DNA of 39,550 bases from a virus. How positions within the stretch are numbered: position 1 is the first letter of the stretch; every line of letters starts with the position of its first letter. The notes beneath the pieces are model-generated. The model had not been told where the DNA came from. It searched no databases and worked only from the letters and a program-made list of their open reading frames with translations. Location of the stretch: the IMG/VR virus record IMGVR_UViG_3300045988_164840; one strand, given 5' to 3'. Shown piece by piece: positions 32,403 to 39,550 of this stretch. A program made the translations under genes and the position numbers.

Positions 32403-33256
32403 TTTTTTTGTATTTCGTCAAAACAAAAACGATTGATTTTACAAATAACGCTAATTTTTGCATTTATAAAATAGATGGATTAGCCCCACCCGGAGCAACG
32501 TTGAATTTTAGCACAATTGCCAACGTAGACGGAGAGGTTTATAACTCTGGCAGAATCAACAAGCGAAATATTGTGCTATATATCAAGATGTTTCCAGACG
32601 TGGAGCAAAACCGGAATGCTTTATACGAACATTTTCCGCTGGGAAAAGTCGTCCGGATCTATTTCCGGAATGGGCTGCATGATGTCTACATTGATGGATA
32701 TGTGGAAACATTTGAATGCGACCTGTTCAGCAACAATGAAGCTGCACAAGTATCCATTATTTGCAATGACCCATATTTTAGAAGTGCAAAGAAAGAAACG
32801 TTGGTTTTGTCAGTATCAGAAGCCCGTTTTGAATTTCCATTTTCCATCAATATTGGTGAACCAATTCCCGTTTCTGAACGAAATTACAGCACATCTGGTA
32901 TTATCAATGCCGGACTGGTGTCAACGGGAATGGTGGTTGAATTTAAGGCAATTGGAAAAATCACATCCAGACCATGGCTAACCAATTTGACATCCAATCA
33001 AACCATGAAGCTGACAGGCACAGAAACAACGCTGAATCAAGGCGAAAAAATTACAGTAAACACCAACAAACATCATTTATCGATTGTAAAGACATTTACG
33101 GATGGAACAACCAAAAATATTTTGAACACGATGGATGAAAGTTTTGAGTGGGTGCAGCTGCTGCCTGGAAAGAATCGTCTTACCTATGGGGCAGACGAAA
33201 AGCCGGAAAATCTGCTTGTTACTATCACAGTTGACAAGTTATTACTGGGGGTATGA
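32399..33256 (+). CDS. Distal tail protein (Dit)
   Basis: Directly after the tape measure gene (GTGA overlap). Sipho_tail-like sequence. Confidence 0.8.
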   Translation: MIFLYFVKTKTIDFTNNANFCIYKIDGLAPPGATLNFSTIANVDGEVYNSGRINKRNIVLYIKMFPDVEQNRNALYEHFPLGKVVRIYFRNGLHDVYIDGYVETFECDLFSNNEAAQVSIICNDPYFRSAKKETLVLSVSEARFEFPFSINIGEPIPVSERNYSTSGIINAGLVSTGMVVEFKAIGKITSRPWLTNLTSNQTMKLTGTETTLNQGEKITVNTNKHHLSIVKTFTDGTTKNILNTMDESFEWVQLLPGKNRLTYGADEKPENLLVTITVDKLLLGV

Positions 33257-33260
33257 TGGC

Positions 33261-34376
33261 TTGGTATTGTACATATTGAATCAAACTTTTCAAAGAGTTG
33301 CTGTAATTGATCAATATAGTTCCATAATTTGGACACGGCGTTACTGGGATGTTGGGGATTTTGAGCTATACGTTCCAGCTGATCCAGATTTACTACAGTA
33401 CTTGCAGATTGGATTTTACGTTTTTCGGGAAGATTGTGAAAGCACGATGATGATTGAACACATTGAAATCAAGACCGATGCAGAAAACGGGAACTATTTT
33501 ATCATTTCCGGACGTGGCGTTGAAAATATCTTATCTTACAGGGTCGTTGCAAATGCCGGTTCTTTCTCTGCAAGTTCTCCATCAGCATTGTGCTGCTGGC
33601 TGATCAGCTTGGAAGCAAAAGGTGTGAATGCAAAATATGCCGATCGGGAAATCGATATTATAAAAGATTTGTATGGTGTGAAAATTGATAATGAAGAGGG
33701 ATATTTTTATTGGAACATCTATCAATATCAGAATCTTCTTGATGCAATTTTCAGTATATGCAAGCAGTATGGTTTTAGTTTTAGATTTGTTTTTACAGAT
33801 AAAAAGGATGGATTCAATTTTACGTGTTACAAAGGCGTTGATCGGACATTCGACCAAAAAGAAAATACCCCTGTTATTTTTTCACCGAAATACTACAACT
33901 TAATCAATAGTCAATATGTTTTGGACGATGAGAATAATAAAACGATGGCTTTTATTGCCGGAGAAGGGGAAGGTGCTGACCGATCAGTTATTTGGACGCA
34001 CAAGACGTGGAATTCTGCCGATGAACACAATGTTCCGAAGCAATTAGACCGCCGGGAAATTTTTGTGGATGCTCGTGACCTAAGAATGAAAAAAGACGAT
34101 GGTACATATTACACTGCTGCTGAATATGGGATACTTTTAAGACAGCGTGGAAAAGAAAAGCTGTTTGAAACTGGCATCATTGAGGGACTGTCCGGAGAAG
34201 TGGACACAACACTGCAATTTATATACCGCCGGGATTTGGATTTAGGCGACCTTGTAAGCATTGAAAATGAATACGGCATGAAAGCAAATGCACGAGTTTT
34301 GGAAGTAATTGAAGCGGATGACGAAAACGGTTACAGAGTAACGCCAACATTTTCAGACTGGGAGATGAAATCATGA
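33261..34376 (+). CDS. Gp37-like tail protein (Sipho_Gp37 family)
   Basis: Start is probably TTG 33261. LYILNQTFQRVAVIDQYSSIIWTRRYWDVGDFELYVP matches the family N-terminus. Confidence 0.8.
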   Translation: MVLYILNQTFQRVAVIDQYSSIIWTRRYWDVGDFELYVPADPDLLQYLQIGFYVFREDCESTMMIEHIEIKTDAENGNYFIISGRGVENILSYRVVANAGSFSASSPSALCCWLISLEAKGVNAKYADREIDIIKDLYGVKIDNEEGYFYWNIYQYQNLLDAIFSICKQYGFSFRFVFTDKKDGFNFTCYKGVDRTFDQKENTPVIFSPKYYNLINSQYVLDDENNKTMAFIAGEGEGADRSVIWTHKTWNSADEHNVPKQLDRREIFVDARDLRMKKDDGTYYTAAEYGILLRQRGKEKLFETGIIEGLSGEVDTTLQFIYRRDLDLGDLVSIENEYGMKANARVLEVIEADDENGYRVTPTFSDWEMKS

Positions 34377-35398
34377 TAAAAAGTGGATTTTATGACAGTA
34401 TCAATCATGACCGCCTGTATGGGGCAGATGATTTTTCAGATTATTTCGAAGGATTGATTTCTGACGGGATTTATGCAGGCATTGGAAAAGAATTTAGAGT
34501 TTTTGCCGATGGATCTACGATGGGCGTTCAGGTTGACACAGGCAGAGCAAAAATCTTAAATAAGTATGTGAGAAATACGGATATTCTGGAAGTCGAGATT
34601 GATGCGGCAGACAGCGAGAACCCTCGATGGGATGCAGTTTGTGTATCGGTCAATCTGGATGAAGCATACAGAAACGGCTATATTGATGTACATAAAGGGA
34701 CACCGGCAGCTGATCCGCAAAAGCCGGATGTTCCGGACACCAACGCAGCAAAGTTGTTTGTGCTTGCCTATGTCTATGTACCTGCACAGGCAACCGTTAT
34801 CAATGCCGAAAACGTAAACGATAATCGTGGAGCTGCGAATTGTCCGTATGTAGTCGGCATCACAGGAACGGAAAATATTGTGAATGTCGTGCAGGAAGCT
34901 GCAACAAATGCACAAAGTCAAATTACTGCAACAGTGGCGGATGCACAGACACAAATTTCCGGATTTGTTACAGATGCACAGGCAAAAACAAATAAATTTG
35001 TAGCAGATGCACAAAGTCAGATTGATACTGCTCTAAGTACACAGCAGACACAGTTTGACAAGTTTTTGACTGATTCTAAAACAGAATTACAAACTTTAGA
35101 GGTTGACTTTAATGCTTGGTGGAATGACAAGAAACAAAACAAAATCAAACTGTTAGAGGATACAACACAATATACTATTACAAACGGAAACGGTGACGTT
35201 CCTGTAGCAAAAGGCAGATACTCATTAGACGACGAAATCGCTGGGAAAGCAGTTGCAAACGTGTATAAAAACGGATTATATTTGACTCGTAACGTAGATT
35301 ATACTATGCGGTATACGGATATTTCTACTTATTTTGGGCTAAAAACCGTAAATGATGGTGACAAAATCACAATTCAGATTCTGAAAATTTCATCATAA
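34373..35398 (+). CDS. Tail fiber / receptor-binding candidate
   Basis: Last structural gene. Has a coiled-coil repeat ADAQTQISGFVTDAQAKTNKFVADAQSQI. Confidence 0.65.
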   Translation: MIKSGFYDSINHDRLYGADDFSDYFEGLISDGIYAGIGKEFRVFADGSTMGVQVDTGRAKILNKYVRNTDILEVEIDAADSENPRWDAVCVSVNLDEAYRNGYIDVHKGTPAADPQKPDVPDTNAAKLFVLAYVYVPAQATVINAENVNDNRGAANCPYVVGITGTENIVNVVQEAATNAQSQITATVADAQTQISGFVTDAQAKTNKFVADAQSQIDTALSTQQTQFDKFLTDSKTELQTLEVDFNAWWNDKKQNKIKLLEDTTQYTITNGNGDVPVAKGRYSLDDEIAGKAVANVYKNGLYLTRNVDYTMRYTDISTYFGLKTVNDGDKITIQILKISS

Positions 35399-35728
35399 GT
35401 GGGAGTGATTTTTTTGAGCAGTATTATTACAATTCTTTTATCTGTAATCAGTGCGTCTGGGATTCTTGGAATTGGGACAAGAGCAATTTTAGCCCGAATG
35501 AAAGAACAGGAAATGCGACAAAAGGCACTGGAATTTGGCGTACAAGCCTTGCTCCGTGACCGGATGTTGCACTGCTATAACAAGTACATTGATGCAGGGT
35601 TTGCACCGATTTACGCAAAAGAAAACTATGAAAACATGTATCAGCAGTATCATGAACTGGGCGGCAATGGTGTGATGACACACTTGCACGAAGAATTTAT
35701 GGCACTGCCGACCGAGAAAGGAGCATAA
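35399..35728 (+). CDS. Membrane-anchored protein preceding the holin (possible holin partner)
   Basis: One N-terminal TM segment. The start is uncertain (GTG 35399 or TTG 35414, which follows GGGAG). Confidence 0.6.
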   Translation: MGVIFLSSIITILLSVISASGILGIGTRAILARMKEQEMRQKALEFGVQALLRDRMLHCYNKYIDAGFAPIYAKENYENMYQQYHELGGNGVMTHLHEEFMALPTEKGA

Positions 35729-35729
35729 C

Positions 35730-35927
35730 ATGAGAAACTGGAAACTTTGGGCAAAGGCTGCAGCAGTCAGAGCCGTGAAAACCATGGCACAGACCGCAGT
35801 AGCAACGATTGGCGTAGCTGCCGTGATGCAAGATGTCAATTGGATCGCCGTTGGCAGTGCGGCTCTGCTGGCTGGGGTGTTGTCCGTTTTGACATCCGTA
35901 GCAGGGCTGCCGGAGGCTGAACGATGA
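35730..35927 (+). CDS. Holin (LL-H / phi LC3-type)
   Basis: 65 aa. WAKAAAVRAVKTMAQTAVATIG..LLAGVLSVLTSVAGLPE is typical of this family. Confidence 0.8.
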   Translation: MRNWKLWAKAAAVRAVKTMAQTAVATIGVAAVMQDVNWIAVGSAALLAGVLSVLTSVAGLPEAER

Positions 35928-36205
35928 ATAGAAGGAAGCTAATAAAATATGATGATATTTTGTCAGGGAAAGGGTTGAAGGAATTGATTTCTGAAACGCA
36001 TCCACCAATGCCAAATTGCATTCCGCCTTGTCCAGACAAATATGAAACAATCACAGTTACGATGAAAGATGGAAAATTTGCTGAGTGGAAGAAAGGTGAA
36101 TGGGATGATTACACCTATGATGGAAAGTTTTTTATTGTGATGAAAAATGAAGCTTGGATTGGTTTTTACAATCTTGATGAAATCAGAACAATTGTAGTTG
36201 AATAA
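35924..36205 (+). CDS. Hypothetical protein (93 aa)
   Basis: ATGA overlap with the holin gene stop. Confidence 0.6.
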   Translation: MNRRKLIKYDDILSGKGLKELISETHPPMPNCIPPCPDKYETITVTMKDGKFAEWKKGEWDDYTYDGKFFIVMKNEAWIGFYNLDEIRTIVVE

Positions 36206-36210
36206 GAAAA

Positions 36211-36240
36211 CCGCCCAGCAGCGGAAAAGCTGCCGGACGG
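36211..36240 (-). terminator. Minus-strand-specific terminator of the inserted XRE unit
   Basis: A 12-bp stem CCGUCCGGCAGC / GCUGCUGGGCGG is perfect only in the minus-strand RNA (two G-U wobbles), and UUUUCUU follows. The plus-strand version has two C-A mismatches and no U-run. Confidence 0.75.
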
Positions 36241-36247
36241 CATCGGG

Positions 36248-36451
36248 TTATTCGGTTTCGGTCTGTTCTGGGTTATCTCTGCAAAGTTCATCCAGCGTGA
36301 CACCCAGGGCATCGGCAAGCTTAATAGCGTTAGACACGAGGCAATCCCCATTTCTGAGGATGTTTTCAACTGTTCGTTTTGGCAATTCCGCCAGATCTGC
36401 CAACTGCTGAACCGTTAACCCTTTTTGTGCTCGAATTTGTTTCAGGTTCAT
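36248..36451 (-). CDS. Small XRE-family HTH protein
   Basis: Start ATG 36451. Contains MNLKQIRAQKGLTVQQLADLAELPKRTVENILRNG. Confidence 0.8.
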   Translation of the reverse strand: MNLKQIRAQKGLTVQQLADLAELPKRTVENILRNGDCLVSNAIKLADALGVTLDELCRDNPEQTETE

Positions 36452-36541
36452 TTCTTTCCTTTCTGGTAAAAGTAAAGCGTCAACTTTACAATTCCAAATA
36501 AAATGAGTAAGCAACCGAATTTTGTAAGTGTTCCCATTGTG

Positions 36542-36570
36542 TTGACATTGGCTTTCTTTTATGATACAAT
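36542..36570 (+). promoter_or_regulatory. Consensus promoter TTGACA-17-TACAAT (TGn extended) facing the small ORF
   Basis: TTGACA at 36542-36547, TG at 36562-36563, TACAAT at 36565-36570. Confidence 0.65.
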
Positions 36571-36620
36571 GGTGAGTAGCAGGGAGAGCGGAAATTTTCC
36601 ACTCTATGCTACCCTTTCTG

Positions 36621-36758
36621 TTAGCCTATGATTTTATCAATCAGTATTAACAGAAATCCGACTGTGAAGTCTACCAACGCACTAATCAAAAGATTGCTGA
36701 CATCAATCTTAGTTTTTGATTTATGCCGTTTGGTAGGCTTCTTTTTTTGTCTTGCCAA
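36621..36758 (-). CDS. Unannotated 45-aa peptide with a basic N-terminus and one TM helix (toxin-like)
   Basis: TTG start lies 10 nt after AAGGGGG. Encodes MARQKKKPTKRHKSKTKIDVSNLLISALVDFTVGFLLILIDKIIG. Lies just downstream of a consensus promoter. It is below the ORF-track size cutoff. Confidence 0.5.
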   Translation of the reverse strand: MARQKKKPTKRHKSKTKIDVSNLLISALVDFTVGFLLILIDKIIG

Positions 36759-36785
36759 TGCTTTCTAACCCCCTTTCTGTATATT

Positions 36786-36814
36786 ATTATACCACATTAA
36801 AAGGTGGTTGTCAA
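36786..36814 (-). promoter_or_regulatory. Consensus promoter TTGACA-17-TATAAT (TGn extended) on the minus strand
   Basis: -10 at 36786-36791 and -35 at 36809-36814, read on the minus strand. Confidence 0.7.
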
Positions 36815-36863
36815 GTGCTTTTTCAAATTTTTCTAAAAATATTTTTTGTGAAAGGATGATATT

Positions 36864-38084
36864 ATGTCAGTCAATCATTATGATTATAATGATAGTACCC
36901 AGCTTTCCCCACATTTTAATGTTAGGGAATTCCGGTGTCAGTGTGGACAATCACACGAAACTTTGATTGCATCTGAATTGGTCGACAAGCTGGAATCTCT
37001 TTACACCGCCCTGAATTGCAGTAAAATCATCGTGACAAGTGGCTACCGCTGCCCAGAGCATGACAAGGCGGTTGGCGGTACGAGCAGCGGTCAGCATACC
37101 AAAGGCACTGCTGCGGATGTCTGCTGTTACGGGCAGGACGGGCAGCTGATCAGCAGCAAGACGGTGTGCTGCAAGGCTCAGGATTTGGGGTTTGGAGGTA
37201 TCGCTAACATCACAAGCAGCTATCAGTATACGCATTTGGATGTTCGGACGGGATACCGCTGGCTAGGTGACGAAACAAAAGGCAATGGCACGGTTACAGA
37301 TGACTTTTACAAGTACTTTGGTATTGAAAAGGCAGAGACTAAAACAAAAAATATCTTAAAAGGGATTGATGTATCCTATGCACAGGGCGTGATTGACTGG
37401 GAAAAAGTAAAAGCATCCGGATTAGTGGATTTTGCGATTCTGCGGGCAGGCTACGGAAAGGAAACCACTCAGGTAGACACACAGTTTGAACGAAACTATG
37501 CCGCCTGCAAACGACTGGGGATTCCAGTCGGCGTTTACTGGTATAGTTATGCTACCACTGCCGCAGAATCAGAGCAGGAAGCGAAAGTTTGCCTGCAAAC
37601 GATTCGGGGAAAGCAATTTGAATATCCGGTTGCCTTCGACATTGAGGAAAAAGAAAGCCTGCAAAATGCAGATGCCTTATGCCAGGCATTTTGCAGTGCA
37701 TTGGAAAAACAGGGCTATTATGCGGCAATTTATACGTTCAAGTCGGCTCTAGAAAATAACATCAGTGCAGCGATCAAGAGCCACTATGATATTTTTCTTT
37801 CACATGTCGGCGTGCAACAGACCTCTTACGCTGGAGCATATGGGCTGTGGCAGTATAGCTGGACGGGACGCATTCCTGGCATCACGGGCGATGTTGATCT
37901 GAATTATGCGTATAAAAATTACCCGGCGATCATCAAACAAGCTGGTTTAAATGGATTTGGAAAAACAGAGCCAGAACCAGAGCCGAAGCCAACACCTGAA
38001 CCAGATAGTGAAGAAAACACGCTGCAACAGATTTTAAAGCATGTGGCAAACATAGATGAAAAAATAAATGGCAATATTACATGA
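36864..38084 (+). CDS. Bifunctional endolysin: M15 (VanY/YcbK-like) peptidase plus GH25 muramidase
   Basis: FNVREFRC..SGYRCPEHDKAVGG..GQHTKGTAADV..THLDV (M15). GIDVSYAQGVIDW..AILRAGYG..GVYWYSYA..WQYS..G..DLNY (GH25). Has a PEPEPKPTPEP linker tail. Confidence 0.9.
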   Translation: MSVNHYDYNDSTQLSPHFNVREFRCQCGQSHETLIASELVDKLESLYTALNCSKIIVTSGYRCPEHDKAVGGTSSGQHTKGTAADVCCYGQDGQLISSKTVCCKAQDLGFGGIANITSSYQYTHLDVRTGYRWLGDETKGNGTVTDDFYKYFGIEKAETKTKNILKGIDVSYAQGVIDWEKVKASGLVDFAILRAGYGKETTQVDTQFERNYAACKRLGIPVGVYWYSYATTAAESEQEAKVCLQTIRGKQFEYPVAFDIEEKESLQNADALCQAFCSALEKQGYYAAIYTFKSALENNISAAIKSHYDIFLSHVGVQQTSYAGAYGLWQYSWTGRIPGITGDVDLNYAYKNYPAIIKQAGLNGFGKTEPEPEPKPTPEPDSEENTLQQILKHVANIDEKINGNIT

Positions 38085-38116
38085 AATATCACATAATATT
38101 GCCATATATAAAAATC

Positions 38117-38146
38117 GGGAGCACCGTCACAACGCCGCTCCCTTTA
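38117..38146. terminator. Short GC hairpin between the convergent endolysin and Abi genes
   Basis: GGGAGC-N14-GCTCCC, flanked by AAAAATC and TTTAAAA. Confidence 0.45.
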
Positions 38147-38194
38147 AAACTGATTCAGTTTTTACATTACATATTTATTATACCATCTTGGTTC

Positions 38195-39232
38195 TTAAAA
38201 GTCAACGATTTTTTTTAAAAATTGAAAACTTGAAAGTATTATATCATTTTTTCCGAAAAAAGATAAATATTTATGTTCAAATCGCCCAAGAATTTTTCTT
38301 ATTGCTTTCAGATCGTGCTGCAAAATATCTTTTGGCAGAAATGTAGAATCTCCAAATCGCTTGTTGGCAAGATACAATACACTTGCAAATTCATGCAATG
38401 TTCGGCACCTCAATCTTGATTGAATCATTGATTTTGTGCATCCTTTTCTCGAAACGAATGTTCTGACAACCGAAAGTGGATAACATTCATTTCCTGATAA
38501 ATCATGCAAGATACAATTGTTATGTGCACAAGCATTGCGGATACTTTTTATGCTATGTAGCAGTTGAGATGAAAGTGGGCTATCTTCTTCATGATATTTA
38601 TAATAAAAATCATAAAAACGAATTAACCCACCGAATGTGATAGATTCCAGCAGAACCCATATGGGCATATCAATGCAGTACTGCTTTTCTCTACCATTTT
38701 GTTTATATAGATGACAATATACATCATTGTTGTTATCTGAACAGTCACACTCAGAAATATACTTTTTTAGCAAATCGCTTATATAACCATTTCGCTGAAT
38801 TCCCTTCTGTAAAATATCATTTGCTGTATAAGAATCGCTCTTTAAAAATGCAGTAACGATTGCATATGCATCTTCTGGTTTTCTTGTTTCAAAGTCTTTC
38901 AAAAGAGATAATTTTAGGCAATGTTCTATATCGACACAAATCCCAAAAATCTGTTTTCTAAGCTGCAAATCTAAAATTGCAAGTGCTTTCAAATGAAAAA
39001 AATCAAGATTTACGTATTTACCTTTCTTTTCACCCAATTGTGCTTTTTGAAAATTTTTTCTATATGAATACAGCCGCAAAAAATTATTCTTCTCTATTAG
39101 ATATTTTGCGGCATCGTTTTTTTGTATTATTTGAAATGTGATTCCCTTGCTTTCCATTTTATCAACAAGTTCTGTTGCGGAACAGTAAGGTTTTTTCTCT
39201 AACATCGGAGAATGATATAATAATGTTTCCAA
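38195..39232 (-). CDS. Abi_2 family abortive-infection protein (AbiD/AbiF-like)
   Basis: Contains LVDKMESKGITF..AAKYLIEKNNFLRLYSYRKNF..LKALAILDLQLRKQIF..IRNACAHNNCILHD. The start is uncertain (TTG 39232 or ATG 39205). Confidence 0.85.
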   Translation of the reverse strand: METLLYHSPMLEKKPYCSATELVDKMESKGITFQIIQKNDAAKYLIEKNNFLRLYSYRKNFQKAQLGEKKGKYVNLDFFHLKALAILDLQLRKQIFGICVDIEHCLKLSLLKDFETRKPEDAYAIVTAFLKSDSYTANDILQKGIQRNGYISDLLKKYISECDCSDNNNDVYCHLYKQNGREKQYCIDMPIWVLLESITFGGLIRFYDFYYKYHEEDSPLSSQLLHSIKSIRNACAHNNCILHDLSGNECYPLSVVRTFVSRKGCTKSMIQSRLRCRTLHEFASVLYLANKRFGDSTFLPKDILQHDLKAIRKILGRFEHKYLSFFGKNDIILSSFQFLKKIVDF

Positions 39233-39271
39233 ATTAATTTCACCGTCCTGAATTGACTATTGATATTTATC

Positions 39272-39300
39272 ATTATAACACAAAACTGATTATATTTCAA
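39272..39300 (-). promoter_or_regulatory. Promoter of the Abi gene (TTGAAA-17-TATAAT, TGn extended)
   Basis: -10 at 39272-39277 and -35 at 39295-39300, read on the minus strand. Confidence 0.6.
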
Positions 39301-39416
39301 GACTAATTACAAGAATGTAAGAAGAAAAAATTAGATGTATTCAAAATAAGATGAGATGTGCAATACAGACAAAAAATATCCCGCTGGATTTTTATTCTCT
39401 ACAGAACATTTTGTAT

Positions 39417-39436
39417 GTGTCGTGGTAAGTGTCGTA
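39417..39436 (+). promoter_or_regulatory. Putative integrase arm-type motifs (right arm)
   Basis: GTGTCGTGGTAA at 39417-39428 and TGTCGTA at 39430-39436. Same motifs as at 206-227. Confidence 0.45.
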
Positions 39437-39453
39437 TCAATTTTCCCATCCAA

Positions 39454-39550
39454 AACAAAAACCCACGCAATTCCGAAAAAGCCTCGAAACTGCGTGGGTT
39501 TTCTCTGGTCTGAGTGACCGGACTTGAACCGGCGGCCTCTACCACCCCAA
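39454..39550. repeat. attR copy of the 97-bp direct repeat
   Basis: Identical to 1-97. Confidence 0.95.
39506..39550 (-). tRNA. 3' part of tRNA-Pro (probable anticodon GGG). The gene continues beyond the window.
   Basis: CCA end at 39506. T-arm GCCGG-TTCAAGT-CCGGT. Acceptor 3' strand CACTCAG implies C1:G72, and A73 is present, both typical of tRNA-Pro. Loop UUGGGGU with G37. The 5' half is outside the window. Confidence 0.6.

Larger units (their letters stand above)
1..39550. mobile_element. Integrated temperate siphovirus-type prophage, attL to attR
   Basis: Perfect 97-bp direct repeat at both window ends. Tyrosine integrase lies beside the left repeat. Switch, replication, packaging, head, tail and lysis modules are in canonical order. 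Confidence 0.93.

Overview
The window is one complete integrated temperate prophage of about 39.4 kb, siphovirus-type with an HK97-like head module. It is bounded by a perfect 97-bp direct repeat (1-97 and 39454-39550). Read on the minus strand, this repeat is the 3' half of a tRNA-Pro-like gene, from the anticodon loop to CCA, plus 52 bp of downstream terminator.

Gene order:
- Integrase (minus strand).
- An AT-rich cargo island (about 1.4-8.4 kb, mostly minus strand).
- A lysogeny switch with an XRE repressor, two operators and a consensus rightward promoter.
- A plus-strand early region: Cro-like HTH, Bro/Ant antirepressor, a replisome organizer split by an in-frame TAG, SSB, many small Cys-rich proteins, a tandem Lar-like protein, VRR-NUC and a sigma-region-4-like activator.
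- Packaging: Terminase_2-like TerS, an HNH/P-loop fusion, a second small-terminase-like gene, TerL and portal.
- Head: a collagen-like insert, protease and capsid.
- Connectors, major tail protein, G/GT chaperone with a -1 frameshift, tape measure, Dit, Gp37-like protein and fiber.
- Lysis: holin and a bifunctional M15/GH25 endolysin.
- An Abi_2 abortive-infection gene next to attR.

No rRNA, CRISPR array, transposase, reverse transcriptase or recognisable excisionase was seen.

The most interesting unexplained structures:
1. A self-contained minus-strand unit inserted between holin and endolysin (36208-36814). It has face-to-face consensus promoters, an unannotated 45-aa basic/TM peptide and an XRE gene, and resembles a type I toxin-antitoxin.
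2. A convergent three-gene cargo locus (4934-6238). The plus-strand mRNA appears to run about 850 nt antisense across a membrane-protein operon to a strand-specific terminator.
3. A two-gene cassette (3511-4792) flanked by junction sequences that recur elsewhere in the island.
4. A Schlafen/AlbA_2-type gene whose promoter sits in an array of GAGCGTTAA iterons.
5. The TAG-split replisome organizer with a (GATA)n/(TATC)n palindrome at the break.

All domain names come from motif recognition by eye. No searches were run. Composition statements are visual estimates.
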